The position numbers and the translations under genes are program-made. Below the pieces are notes generated by a model. The model was not told where the DNA came from. It ran no database searches and saw only the letters and a program-made list of their open reading frames with translations. A stretch of 47,107 bases of DNA, taken from the IMG/VR virus record IMGVR_UViG_3300033069_001366, positions 1-47,107 of that record; one strand, written 5' to 3'. The DNA is from a virus (lineage: Duplodnaviria; Heunggongvirae; Uroviricota; Caudoviricetes). This document shows, in pieces, positions 27,190-36,758 of this stretch; the first letter of the stretch is position 1, and each line of letters starts with the position of its first letter.

Positions 27190-27751
27190 ATTAATACCAA
27201 AAGAGTATAGAAGTAAATCAGATTTATTCCTATTACCTCTTACAGGACTACCAAAGAGTAGTGATATAAAATCGTATATGTTTTGGGAAGATTATTCTAT
27301 TGATAATTTCCAGCTCATTATTGAGATAAGAAATATGATGGATAAGATTCCTGATATTATAAAGATTTTAGATAAAAACGCACCAATTATAGAATGCTAT
27401 GAGGAAGATAATGTAATGTACTTTATTGTAGACTTATCTGAGTGGGCACTAGATATTGAGATGATTATATCAGCAAAGTACTCAAAAATGTCTAAATTGG
27501 CAAAAGGAGCATGTGAAAACTATCATACTCATAATGGAAGATCTACAATAAGAGCCAACATATACGGAATACTGTACCCTCATCAAGAATTAGAGGTATT
27601 AGGAGGAAAGTCATCTATTGACTATTTGATTGATAGTTATGCTCTTGATAGACAAGAAGTCATAAAAATAGGAGAAATTGGCAGTATTTATGACAAAGAG
27701 AAAGAAACTCTTAATAAAAAAATAGAGAGGAACAAGATTTGTGAAATATAA
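27176..27751 (+). CDS. Hypothetical protein
   Basis: 191-aa ORF in operon context. Confidence 0.65.
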   Translation: MKDVELIPKEYRSKSDLFLLPLTGLPKSSDIKSYMFWEDYSIDNFQLIIEIRNMMDKIPDIIKILDKNAPIIECYEEDNVMYFIVDLSEWALDIEMIISAKYSKMSKLAKGACENYHTHNGRSTIRANIYGILYPHQELEVLGGKSSIDYLIDSYALDRQEVIKIGEIGSIYDKEKETLNKKIERNKICEI

Positions 27752-27768
27752 TGTAAAATTTTATAGAT

Positions 27769-28101
27769 ATGAAAGATATGTTTTCAAGAATTTTTGAAAG
27801 AGAAGTTTCTAATCTCTTCAACTCTTTTGGTGGTTGGCAAAATGAACCATTGGAAAAGAAGTCTCTGCAGAAGGAGACATTTGAAATCACAAAAGGTGAT
27901 TACACTACGATTGCAAATCTTTATTTTGACAAGAATGGATTTTTGGTGAGTGTTGAAAGCTCAAGTAAAATAGTTCCTGCAAAATTAGAGGAGCAAATTA
28001 AAAAACTAGAATCCTTGAGGGATGCTGCAGCTAGCAAACAAGATTATCTTGCTGCACATAGATTCCAGCAGGATATAGAAGAAAAGAAAAAGTTGTTATG
28101 A
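27769..28101 (+). CDS. Hypothetical protein with C-terminal UVR (UvrB/C)-like coiled coil
   Basis: LEEQIKKLESLRDAAASKQDYLAAHRFQQDI. Confidence 0.55.
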   Translation: MKDMFSRIFEREVSNLFNSFGGWQNEPLEKKSLQKETFEITKGDYTTIANLYFDKNGFLVSVESSSKIVPAKLEEQIKKLESLRDAAASKQDYLAAHRFQQDIEEKKKLL

Positions 28102-28394
28102 ATGTTAACAGAACACAAATTTTAACTAAAAAATTCTTTTACCCAAAAGGATTCATAAAACTTAATTATACAAAGCATTTCCTAGAAAGACTATCTGAGA
28201 GAAGAGTAGGTATAGATTGTATACCTACTCTCTTAAGGATAACAGAAGATAATATACATTCAGGTAAAACTAAGAATGGAAAATCATTAATTTCTGTTGT
28301 TGTAAGATTAGCCTACAAAACAAATTTGCACATGTATATATGTTTTAACCCTTTTGATGGAGGAGCAAAAACAATATGGTTTGAAAAAAAGTAG
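28098..28394 (+). CDS. Hypothetical protein
   Basis: 98-aa ORF with ATGA overlap. Confidence 0.6.
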   Translation: MNVNRTQILTKKFFYPKGFIKLNYTKHFLERLSERRVGIDCIPTLLRITEDNIHSGKTKNGKSLISVVVRLAYKTNLHMYICFNPFDGGAKTIWFEKK

Positions 28395-28659
28395 TATTGA
28401 TTTATTATCTTATTTAGCCAATAAGCAATTTAGCATGATTGGGGTAAATCTAAAATATGAAGATTTACCAGAAGATGGAACTATTGTATTTAATGGAAAA
28501 AAGAAAAAATGGTGGGATTGCTATAAGTTTGAAACGCAAGACCAATATTTAAAATGGAAAAAATTGGCTATTGAGCAATTAAAAAAAGAAGGATATGACG
28601 AATCTTATTTCAATGAGATTGACATGGTAATAGGTTTAAATGTAAAACAGGGAAGTTAA
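28354..28659 (+). CDS. Hypothetical protein, last gene of the + arm
   Basis: 101-aa ORF; start uncertain; stop lies in the terminator loop. Confidence 0.5.
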   Translation: MMEEQKQYGLKKSSIDLLSYLANKQFSMIGVNLKYEDLPEDGTIVFNGKKKKWWDCYKFETQDQYLKWKKLAIEQLKKEGYDESYFNEIDMVIGLNVKQGS

Positions 28660-28678
28660 TCTTCCCTGTTTTCTTTTT
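28644..28678. terminator. Terminator at the convergent junction, possibly bidirectional
   Basis: AAAACAGGGAAG-TTAAT-CTTCCCTGTTTT followed by CTTTTT; lies between + and - arms. Confidence 0.85.
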
Positions 28679-28681
28679 ACC

Positions 28682-28921
28682 TTAAGGTATTGGAACCCAA
28701 CTTGTTCCGTCAAATCTTACAATCTGACCTTGACTTAAATCCCAAGCAACTGGTTGTTTGTCATCTCCAGAAGCTTCATCGCAACATGGATCTGAGAAAA
28801 CAACATTTAATTTTTTAAGGTAAGTCCAGAACAATTTCCTAAATCCAAACATTCCTTTGAATACAGGGCTAGATGTTTCGTACTTTTTAACTAGACCTTT
28901 GTCAATTCCTAAGTCTTTCAT
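28682..28921 (-). CDS. Hypothetical protein
   Basis: 79 aa; ends with VRFDGTSWVP, a motif also seen at tail-protein ends. Confidence 0.6.
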   Translation of the reverse strand: MKDLGIDKGLVKKYETSSPVFKGMFGFRKLFWTYLKKLNVVFSDPCCDEASGDDKQPVAWDLSQGQIVRFDGTSWVPIP

Positions 28922-28962
28922 ATTTTAAGCACCCATTTATATTCCTAATGGGAGAAGGTTTA

Positions 28963-29553
28963 CTATTTTTTTAATCTTATTAAGAATATTCTTTGTAAAG
29001 AAGCTTTTATATCTAAAATATCTTCCTCAGATAAATCATGATCATTTTCAGTATACACACAACTTATAACCCCATCAACAAGCGTTTTTCCGAGTTTAAA
29101 ATTATAAGCTTTTTTAACACCAAACATTCTATATGTTATAGCTGTTTCTGAATCACCTTGATCAGTAACAACTATATAATTCTTTTTAGATTCTTCTAAT
29201 TTCACAAGCATATCTGCTACAATAGAACATGGTATATTTTGAAACTCTGATATTAAAGGTCTAGTTCTTATATCAATTACTTCATTTCTCATTGAAGCAT
29301 TCTTAAAACTCAATCCTTTAAAATTTTCTGTACCATTATGATAATCAATAAGAGATACTCTGTTAAATCCAAACTTATCTCTTATTGTAGATAACTCTTG
29401 ATTTATTTTAGCACTTACTTGTACAGATTGAGTAAACATTCTATTAGCTTTTCTTTTTTTAACGTATTCATATACAGTGTCAAAAAGTTTCTTACCTAAG
29501 AATAATAATGCTGCTCCTGTAGCATAACCAACTGCCTGAAATAATTGTTCCAT
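28963..29553 (-). CDS. Membrane protein with N-terminal TM and GAF-like domain (possible T4 T-like holin)
   Basis: One N-terminal hydrophobic helix, basic patch, then RVSLIDYHNG...; in the lysis cassette. Confidence 0.45.
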   Translation of the reverse strand: MEQLFQAVGYATGAALLFLGKKLFDTVYEYVKKRKANRMFTQSVQVSAKINQELSTIRDKFGFNRVSLIDYHNGTENFKGLSFKNASMRNEVIDIRTRPLISEFQNIPCSIVADMLVKLEESKKNYIVVTDQGDSETAITYRMFGVKKAYNFKLGKTLVDGVISCVYTENDHDLSEEDILDIKASLQRIFLIRLKK

Positions 29554-29560
29554 CTATATT

Positions 29561-30085
29561 TTAATTTGCTGTTTCAAAATGCATCCCGTTTTTTAGACTT
29601 CTTTTTTGTTTTATAGAAAGTGATATAACTCCCTCTCCAAGACCTAATTCTTTCTCTGCTTGATTCATTGATCCATAAGTCTTACCATTTGAACATATTA
29701 TAGATTTTGATCTATTGTGTAAAAATCTCTTTTTTCCTTTATAGTGAAGAGGTCTATACTTTTTAAGACCTGTATCATAAGCATGTTTTATATTTTCAGA
29801 TCGTGTACACCATTCTAAATTATCTACTCTATTATCATTTTTGATTCCATTTCTATGATTTACTTCATCTTTTACATTTTCTAAAAAAGTTATAGCTATT
29901 AATCTATGAACTAATCTGGTTCGAATTAATCCAGAATCAAAATGAATTCGACAACATAAGTAACCTTTACTATAAGATTTAGTCTCAAATTGTTTAAGAA
30001 GTCTACTGTTCTTTTTTAATCTAATATTTCCTTGATTTGAAGCCTCATATTTAGAAGCATTTGGTATTTCTTTCCAGATTTCCAT
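29561..30085 (-). CDS. Free-standing NUMOD4-HNH homing endonuclease
   Basis: EIWKEIP..SKYEASNQGNIR (NUMOD4); VHRLIA..F..VNHRNGIKNDNRVDNLEWCTRSENIKHA (HNH). Confidence 0.92.
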   Translation of the reverse strand: MEIWKEIPNASKYEASNQGNIRLKKNSRLLKQFETKSYSKGYLCCRIHFDSGLIRTRLVHRLIAITFLENVKDEVNHRNGIKNDNRVDNLEWCTRSENIKHAYDTGLKKYRPLHYKGKKRFLHNRSKSIICSNGKTYGSMNQAEKELGLGEGVISLSIKQKRSLKNGMHFETAN

Positions 30086-30097
30086 AGAATTTTAAAA

Positions 30098-30565
30098 TTA
30101 AGATGCTACCTCCCAGTGCATCCAGTCCATATTTCTTTCTATACCATAACTTAAAAACCCATTCCTATAAAATATATCAATCATTGGTTTATATTCAGGT
30201 CTTGCAAAAACCGCAGTTTTATTATCCTGTTTTAGTTGATTTCTTTCTGGATCTAAATCAATAGCAATTGCCCAAGAATGTCTTGACCAATCTGATCCAC
30301 CTCTCATTTTCCTAAAATTATAGCATCCACCATAAAGGTCAATACCTAATTCTACGATTTTAGGATAACCATAGACTTCCAAAATCTGGTTAAAGATATT
30401 TGAAAGTTTTGTAGCTACTAACTTATGACACCTTAGTTTAGTTATCTTGACAGATTTATCCCAAGCAACACGCATTGGGTACGGTAAAGTAATTACCGTA
30501 AACTGACTTTCATCTCCAGGTTGTCCATATTTTCTGATTATCTCAGGTGTCGTTAATCTACGCAT
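30098..30565 (-). CDS. Endolysin, peptidase M15 family
   Basis: YNFRKMRGG..SRHSWAIAIDL...DWMHWE (SxHxxxxAxD plus downstream His). Confidence 0.88.
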   Translation of the reverse strand: MRRLTTPEIIRKYGQPGDESQFTVITLPYPMRVAWDKSVKITKLRCHKLVATKLSNIFNQILEVYGYPKIVELGIDLYGGCYNFRKMRGGSDWSRHSWAIAIDLDPERNQLKQDNKTAVFARPEYKPMIDIFYRNGFLSYGIERNMDWMHWEVAS

Positions 30566-30996
30566 TATCCTATTAATTCTCCGTTAGTATCTTGTTTTAT
30601 TTCTCCTTTTGGAATATCTAGGTTAGGCACGTTAATATCCTGACCAAGTCCATAATCCATTCCATACCCAAATCCCATATTTTTTTGTCTACTTCTTGTA
30701 AGTGATGTTAAAGAGGATGATAAAGCACTTGCAAATTGAGGAGCTGTAATATATCCAAGTCCACCAATCACTACCATAAATTCATAATACATTATATCTC
30801 TTAAAAGTTCAGTTAATTCTGCAAGAGCTTTTATATTTATAGATTGTGTTTTTGTTGTTGATAAAAACATAAATATTAAAAGCGTAATTACTGTAACACA
30901 ACTCATTAAGAATATACCCGCTGTAATTACAGTTACTAATCTTTTAGAAGAAAAAGATCCATTTTCTGATAATATACCTTTCCAAAAATTATTCAT
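30565..30996 (-). CDS. Two-TM membrane protein, holin candidate
   Basis: SSKR followed by two hydrophobic segments; coupled (TAATG) to the endolysin. Confidence 0.55.
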   Translation of the reverse strand: MNNFWKGILSENGSFSSKRLVTVITAGIFLMSCVTVITLLIFMFLSTTKTQSINIKALAELTELLRDIMYYEFMVVIGGLGYITAPQFASALSSSLTSLTRSRQKNMGFGYGMDYGLGQDINVPNLDIPKGEIKQDTNGELIG

Positions 30997-31399
30997 AATT
31001 TATTATTCTTATACATGTAGTAACTCCTATAAAAACATTTGATAGATTAAACCCATCTTTTGTAAAATATGAGTGAAAATGTATAGTTTTAGAATCTCCT
31101 TCTAATAAAGACTTTACAAAAATAAAGGCTCCTTGTCCAGTTATACTATCTGAAAAAACAGGTTGAATTTCCAAAACAGTTTTTTCATTTAAATTTATAC
31201 CTCTTGGAAAATTTATTGTATACTCACCTTCATTAACGTTTGATAATGTTATTTGATCATCTATTGTACCAAAATCATTAACTTTAACTTCTATTTCCAT
31301 AAACGCATCTTCTGAAAAAGTAACATATCCTATAAATTCATTATATCCTTTTTCTGTATTTTTATATCCTCTATGAGTCCCTTTTTTTGCTTTATACAT
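30989..31399 (-). CDS. Hypothetical protein
   Basis: 136-aa beta-rich ORF. Confidence 0.55.
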   Translation of the reverse strand: MYKAKKGTHRGYKNTEKGYNEFIGYVTFSEDAFMEIEVKVNDFGTIDDQITLSNVNEGEYTINFPRGINLNEKTVLEIQPVFSDSITGQGAFIFVKSLLEGDSKTIHFHSYFTKDGFNLSNVFIGVTTCIRIINYE

Positions 31400-31441
31400 A
31401 ATATACTGATTTTTATTGTTTTATAAAAATAACTTTTAAAA

Positions 31442-32389
31442 TTATTCTACTTCATTGATTGCCAAAACATACATTCTTGAAGCTTTGTTTTTTGGAGGAA
31501 GAGGTAGATTTTTTCCTATTGGTGAAGCTGTTATCCACTTTCCTTTATAAAATACACCTTCTGTATTATTTGGTAAAGCACCTGCATTATGAAATATAGG
31601 TTTCTTTTCAAAGGTTTCCATTGAATCAGTAGCCCATGAAAAATCAAGCTCTTTTGTTATATTTGTTTCCTGACCTCTTTTCCATTGAGCAAAATTAAGT
31701 GCCCACATATCAGCACACCAAGATTGAAATCCTGCATTTTCATTTGGAAAGAATCTTGAATTTATAGAATCTGGTTGTCCATAAGTAAAAGATTTTCTTA
31801 TTTCGAGACACATATCTTCAACATCTTGCCAAAATTGGGAATCTATATTACGAAGGATTGTCTGAGCACCTCCTGTCTTTTTATCATATTTCTCTATAGT
31901 ATCTACAGAGATAGATCCTATTTCTGCCAACTTTTTTATAGCTAAATTATCTGGGATTTTTCCTTCTTGTTCTTTTTTAGAAAGATAGGAATAGTCCAAA
32001 TAATGAGAGCAGTCTGATTGCCAACATATTTTTCCTTTACTTAGTTGATTAAAATCTGGTAAGTAATTAAAAATTATATCAGAATCATGGTAAAAAATTA
32101 CCTCGTTTTTTAATTCTGGATATGCCTCAAAATGCTTTTTTAAAGTATGAGGTCTTAATTGGGGGATATATAACCCTAAATTAACTCCACTATCTTCATA
32201 ACAAACAATTTTTACTTCTGGATATTTTCTCTGTATTTCTTTCCATTTTGGTAATTCCTGACTTCCTTTTGGATACCATACACATATATGCATATTTTGT
32301 GATATCTCAAATTTTCTAAAGTTTACTATTTGTACTTCTATTTGCCATTGAAAATATAAATCATGAGGCACTGCTTGTAAAAATATCAT
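31442..32389 (-). CDS. GT-A fold glycosyltransferase, resembling HPAT/SERGT peptide O-glycosyltransferases
   Basis: WQ.EV...F, YIPQLRP..LKKHF, IFYHDSDIIF (DxD), GGAQ, WCADMWA, IFH. Confidence 0.6.
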   Translation of the reverse strand: MIFLQAVPHDLYFQWQIEVQIVNFRKFEISQNMHICVWYPKGSQELPKWKEIQRKYPEVKIVCYEDSGVNLGLYIPQLRPHTLKKHFEAYPELKNEVIFYHDSDIIFNYLPDFNQLSKGKICWQSDCSHYLDYSYLSKKEQEGKIPDNLAIKKLAEIGSISVDTIEKYDKKTGGAQTILRNIDSQFWQDVEDMCLEIRKSFTYGQPDSINSRFFPNENAGFQSWCADMWALNFAQWKRGQETNITKELDFSWATDSMETFEKKPIFHNAGALPNNTEGVFYKGKWITASPIGKNLPLPPKNKASRMYVLAINEVE

Positions 32390-33117
32390 AAATAATACTT
32401 TTCTATTATATCAAGAGATAAAGGAGTTAATATTCCATCCCCATGATCTTTACTTGATTTTTTATAATTATTAAAATTCTCAGGGTTATTTGGGTCCCCT
32501 GATGTCTTCCATATAGGCTGTTGGTGATTCCAGTCATAAATAAATGTAGCTTGTCCTGTTGGGTCTACAAATAACTGATCACTATTAATTAAAGGTTGCA
32601 ACCATTTATGATGAAGATCTACACTTCTTTGGAAGTATCCATATTCTTTTAAGTGCTCATAATTTACAAAGATTGATGGTTCTAATACATTTTCTGCCAG
32701 CACTGTTCCATTTATGTCTCTGTAATATGACTTTTGAGGTTTATATGCAAGTTTTCCACCTCTAATATAACCCTTGACTCCTTCAGATATATGATTTTTT
32801 AAATATATATCATCATCATCCATATGATTAACTATGTCAGGTTTTAATCCAAGCTTTTCTATATAATCTAAACAATCCATATAAATCTCTCCAAGATTAT
32901 TATATGGCATTCTTGTTGTTTTGGACTTGTAGTTATTAATAAGAATGACCTCCTTATTAGTAGGAAGGTCATTTAATTGTAAATCTAAACTAACTTCTGC
33001 ATTATTATAAATAAGCAAAGTTTGAAGACCATCATAGTCCTGATTTAAAAACATTCCAAGTGTCCTTTCCATACACCAATGTCTACCAGAGGTGGCTGTT
33101 ATTCCTAAAAATTTCAT
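32386..33117 (-). CDS. GT2-like glycosyltransferase
   Basis: LGITATSGR..M..TL.MFLNQDY..LLIYNN; NHMDDDDIYL. Confidence 0.75.
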   Translation of the reverse strand: MKFLGITATSGRHWCMERTLGMFLNQDYDGLQTLLIYNNAEVSLDLQLNDLPTNKEVILINNYKSKTTRMPYNNLGEIYMDCLDYIEKLGLKPDIVNHMDDDDIYLKNHISEGVKGYIRGGKLAYKPQKSYYRDINGTVLAENVLEPSIFVNYEHLKEYGYFQRSVDLHHKWLQPLINSDQLFVDPTGQATFIYDWNHQQPIWKTSGDPNNPENFNNYKKSSKDHGDGILTPLSLDIIEKYYL

Positions 33118-35378
33118 TAATGTACTATTTGTAAAACGTCACCATTTCTATATACTCTTCCTTGAGTTAATCCTGCTCCTAATGCTGCAGTATTATCTAC
33201 ATAATTTGGTAAATCACCTAAATATAGAATTAATTCATTTGATAAACTTGAACCCTGTTTCAAAGATATAAATGATGAAATATTGTGTTTTAATGCTAAT
33301 TCATTTGGATTTATTTCTATTAATGTACTTACAGTAATATCACTGTTATCGCTAGCTTCAATTTGAATACCATCTTGCATGTAAAAAAGTAAATCATGTA
33401 TTCCACCACTTGTATCAGTGTTATTTATTTGAATTTCAAAAACATCAGGTCCAGAACCAACATGTTTAAAATATCCTGATGTACTTTCCCATGCATAGTG
33501 TGTACCAACTAAAGGAGTAGTAAAAGAAGGATTGTAATAAAAACCTCTTACAATAGGAGTTCCTCCAGATTGATTGAATATTGGATTAATGTTAAATATA
33601 TTAACAGCCCCTGTACCAGAAGAATGTAAAAATCTTGAATTAATTCCAAAACCATTTTTTATTCCTGATGTATTTAATATATCACCCATATACATCATAC
33701 CTTCTGTTGTACCTAGAGGTGTATTACCGCCAACTGTACCAAAAGAAAATCTTGTACTTGAAGCACTATCTATATGTAAACGTGATCCTGAGTATAATCT
33801 ATTTTCTGATGTACCTAATGTATTATATTGAAATACAATATTTCCACCAAGTAATCTAAATATATCTGATTGAGATGCTCCAAACTGAGCTGTTCCAGCT
33901 ACATGTAATTTATAAGAAGGTATAATTCCAATACCCACATTTCCAGTATTTGTATTATATATATCATTTCCTGATGGTAACCAAGGATTGGAAGAGGCTA
34001 CGTTTGATATAATTCCTGCTTGTAATCTAATATCATCAATAAAGAATCCTATTGTTCCAGCATTTCCTACAACTGTTATTTCAAGAGTTGTTATATTTGC
34101 ATTAATAGCAAATTCAGATAATGGGATAGTTATAATTTGTTCTATAGGATCTGCTGAATTAAATCCATAATTACCATTACCTACGATTACACTTTGTCCA
34201 ATAACTGTACCTGTATCTTTAAATCTAAGATTAAGTTTTTTATCATTTGACCAAAATCCTTTAGAGACTATCTTAAAAGATAAAGTATTATAAATAGAGA
34301 TATCTGTTGAAGAAGTATCAAAAGTTATGTATTCTCCTATACTTGCACTTGTTGCTTCAATTGATACTGATCCATTAATAGGAGATGACACAGATGTTGC
34401 ATCAATAGCTATTGATGATGCAGTAGTCCACTCAGTATTTTCTTCATATATAAATTCTTCAACTATAGTTGGACTTGTTGTTGCAGCTCCTACAAGTACA
34501 GTACCTATCTGAAGTTGTGTTAAAACATCAGCAGAAGGAGGTGCAGGAGTAATAGAAGGAGTTCCCTCAAGAACAGAAGCACTTGCAAATACGTCTACTA
34601 CAAAAGTGTCAATTCTATCATCATCTGGATCTGATGGACTTAGTGTAATATTTGTACTTGGGGAATAATAAGTCTGACCATTTATAACATATGTTCCTGC
34701 ACTTATATTATATTCATAATCTTGTAACCAAGTTACAATACATCCTGATATTACTCCATTAGATACTACAGGAATAGGTAAATTTATATTACCAAATTGG
34801 TCAGCAACTATGTTATTTACAGATGTAGCTAGATAACCTGAAGAGAATGGAAAAGTTTGTAATTCACTTGTTACTCCATTGTATTGTTCTAAAGTTACAC
34901 CTACAGAAGTAACATCAAATTTTCTATAAAAAACGTCATCTTGAGCATAAGATCTAATTACATCAGGTAAAATATCATATGCAGTAGTATATAAACCCAT
35001 ATTTGCAGTAAGTGATACTGATGTATTATCAATAAACCAACTTGCATATGTATCACTAAGTAAATCTTGAGAAAAAATCTCAAAATTATACCCCTCCATA
35101 TCTATTTCTCTATCTTGAGATCCAAGATTATCCTCGATTCCAAATCTTCCAGATGTTGTATTATTTACAACACTTAAAACACCTGTTGTTGGATTTATAA
35201 TAAGTCCATCACCTACTTTAATTCCACCTAGTATAGTATCACTTGCAATAGGTAATTCATAAGATGACTGATTTAAAGTAAGTTCACATACTTTTGAGAA
35301 TAAGAATTCTAGTCTTTTATTTAGACCTACTTCATCGCATGTTTTTACATTTGTATATTTACAGATATCAAGTTGCAT
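33117..35378 (-). CDS. Tail fibre / virion protein with carbohydrate-binding-like module
   Basis: LPIASDTILGGIKVGDGL fibre repeat, GNVGIG..PSYKLHVAG motif, beta-sandwich-like middle region. Confidence 0.6.
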   Translation of the reverse strand: MQLDICKYTNVKTCDEVGLNKRLEFLFSKVCELTLNQSSYELPIASDTILGGIKVGDGLIINPTTGVLSVVNNTTSGRFGIEDNLGSQDREIDMEGYNFEIFSQDLLSDTYASWFIDNTSVSLTANMGLYTTAYDILPDVIRSYAQDDVFYRKFDVTSVGVTLEQYNGVTSELQTFPFSSGYLATSVNNIVADQFGNINLPIPVVSNGVISGCIVTWLQDYEYNISAGTYVINGQTYYSPSTNITLSPSDPDDDRIDTFVVDVFASASVLEGTPSITPAPPSADVLTQLQIGTVLVGAATTSPTIVEEFIYEENTEWTTASSIAIDATSVSSPINGSVSIEATSASIGEYITFDTSSTDISIYNTLSFKIVSKGFWSNDKKLNLRFKDTGTVIGQSVIVGNGNYGFNSADPIEQIITIPLSEFAINANITTLEITVVGNAGTIGFFIDDIRLQAGIISNVASSNPWLPSGNDIYNTNTGNVGIGIIPSYKLHVAGTAQFGASQSDIFRLLGGNIVFQYNTLGTSENRLYSGSRLHIDSASSTRFSFGTVGGNTPLGTTEGMMYMGDILNTSGIKNGFGINSRFLHSSGTGAVNIFNINPIFNQSGGTPIVRGFYYNPSFTTPLVGTHYAWESTSGYFKHVGSGPDVFEIQINNTDTSGGIHDLLFYMQDGIQIEASDNSDITVSTLIEINPNELALKHNISSFISLKQGSSLSNELILYLGDLPNYVDNTAALGAGLTQGRVYRNGDVLQIVH

Positions 35379-35388
35379 TGTTTATGTT

Positions 35389-36708
35389 TTAAAATTGTAT
35401 CCAAGTAGAACCATTCCAGTATTCTAATTGATTAAGGTTAGTATTAAAACCCATTTCACCTTCCTCTGGAGAAGAAGGTCTATTTATAGTCAGCCATCTA
35501 GCAGGTATCATACCTCTTGTAGATGTTCTTTGGTCTATAGCACCATAGAATTTAACAGTACCTGTTTTATAAACCTTTAAAGCATCAGATCTATGTTCAA
35601 TAGGAGGATTTGGGGAATCATCTTCCTCATATCCACCAGCAACTGTAAAACATACTTTTTCTGTATAAGTATCACCACCTAATTCATCAATATCATCAGG
35701 ATTTACTATATTATTAAAGTTACCAATAATAATATGATTATCTACTTGATTATTAGTTAGTAATAAGTTTTTTAATCCTTTACCTATAAGATGAGAATGG
35801 AGAGCATCTGTTTCGTTATCATATCCAATACCACCTGAATAATTTCCACCAATGATATTATAAACACCTATACCATAACCTACACCTGCCTTTAATTGGT
35901 TTCCAATTCCTGCTGCAAAACTTGCACCTTCTGTTCCTGATGTTCCTGAATCAACAACAATAGAATGTCCAAAACCAAATGCTCCAGAGTAGGGTTGATT
36001 AATTGTACTATTTTTACCTACACCAAAAGAATAAATACCTGTAGTATTTATAGAAATTGTATCTCCCGCAGCAAAAGAATAATCACCAGAAACTAGTGTA
36101 TTTCTACCAAATGCTGCAGAACCAATTCCTATATTAAAATTGTTCCATTGAGTTCCTGTTGTAATACCTGCTCTAAATGCACTTTTATCATAATTCCAAA
36201 GGTGATGTGTACCAGCTCCATCTTCTATAGCCACAAGTCTAGCATTTCCTGGAGATGAGTACTCTATTCCTCTATCAAAAGTTATAGCTTGGGAAGGAAT
36301 ATATAATCCATCAGGTCTTATCTCTATTCCTGGAATTTGTCCAGAATCACCACTTAATTGAAGTTCCGCTTGTAAAGGATCAATATCTGATCCTGTACCT
36401 AGAAAATGAATAGAAAAGGTATTTTCTACAGAGATATTCCCAGAATCAATAATTGAACATAACTTATTGATAATCAACTGCATTTTATCATACCATGATA
36501 AATTTTCCCACTCTTGTAAAGTAGTAGTTAAACAGAGAGGATTTAATGTTCCCATCTCATCACTTATACATGTAATAATATCTCTACAAGGAAATTCTTG
36601 ACTTTCCATATAGATACATATTACATTAATTATTTGTTCTCTCCATTTTGAAGGAACATCACACAATAGAACCTCAAGTTCTTTTCTACAGTTATTACAG
36701 TTTTTCAT
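35389..36708 (-). CDS. Tail fibre / adhesin-like protein; probable start 36708
   Basis: YadA-head-like repeats (SAAFG, SFAAG, SFGVG, SGAFG); C-terminal EGEMGFNTNLNQLEYWNGSTW. Confidence 0.6.
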   Translation of the reverse strand: MKNCNNCRKELEVLLCDVPSKWREQIINVICIYMESQEFPCRDIITCISDEMGTLNPLCLTTTLQEWENLSWYDKMQLIINKLCSIIDSGNISVENTFSIHFLGTGSDIDPLQAELQLSGDSGQIPGIEIRPDGLYIPSQAITFDRGIEYSSPGNARLVAIEDGAGTHHLWNYDKSAFRAGITTGTQWNNFNIGIGSAAFGRNTLVSGDYSFAAGDTISINTTGIYSFGVGKNSTINQPYSGAFGFGHSIVVDSGTSGTEGASFAAGIGNQLKAGVGYGIGVYNIIGGNYSGGIGYDNETDALHSHLIGKGLKNLLLTNNQVDNHIIIGNFNNIVNPDDIDELGGDTYTEKVCFTVAGGYEEDDSPNPPIEHRSDALKVYKTGTVKFYGAIDQRTSTRGMIPARWLTINRPSSPEEGEMGFNTNLNQLEYWNGSTWIQF

Positions 36709-36758
36709 GATATTAAATATACTAATTTTTAAGCTCTTTTCAAAAATAATCTCTAGTG

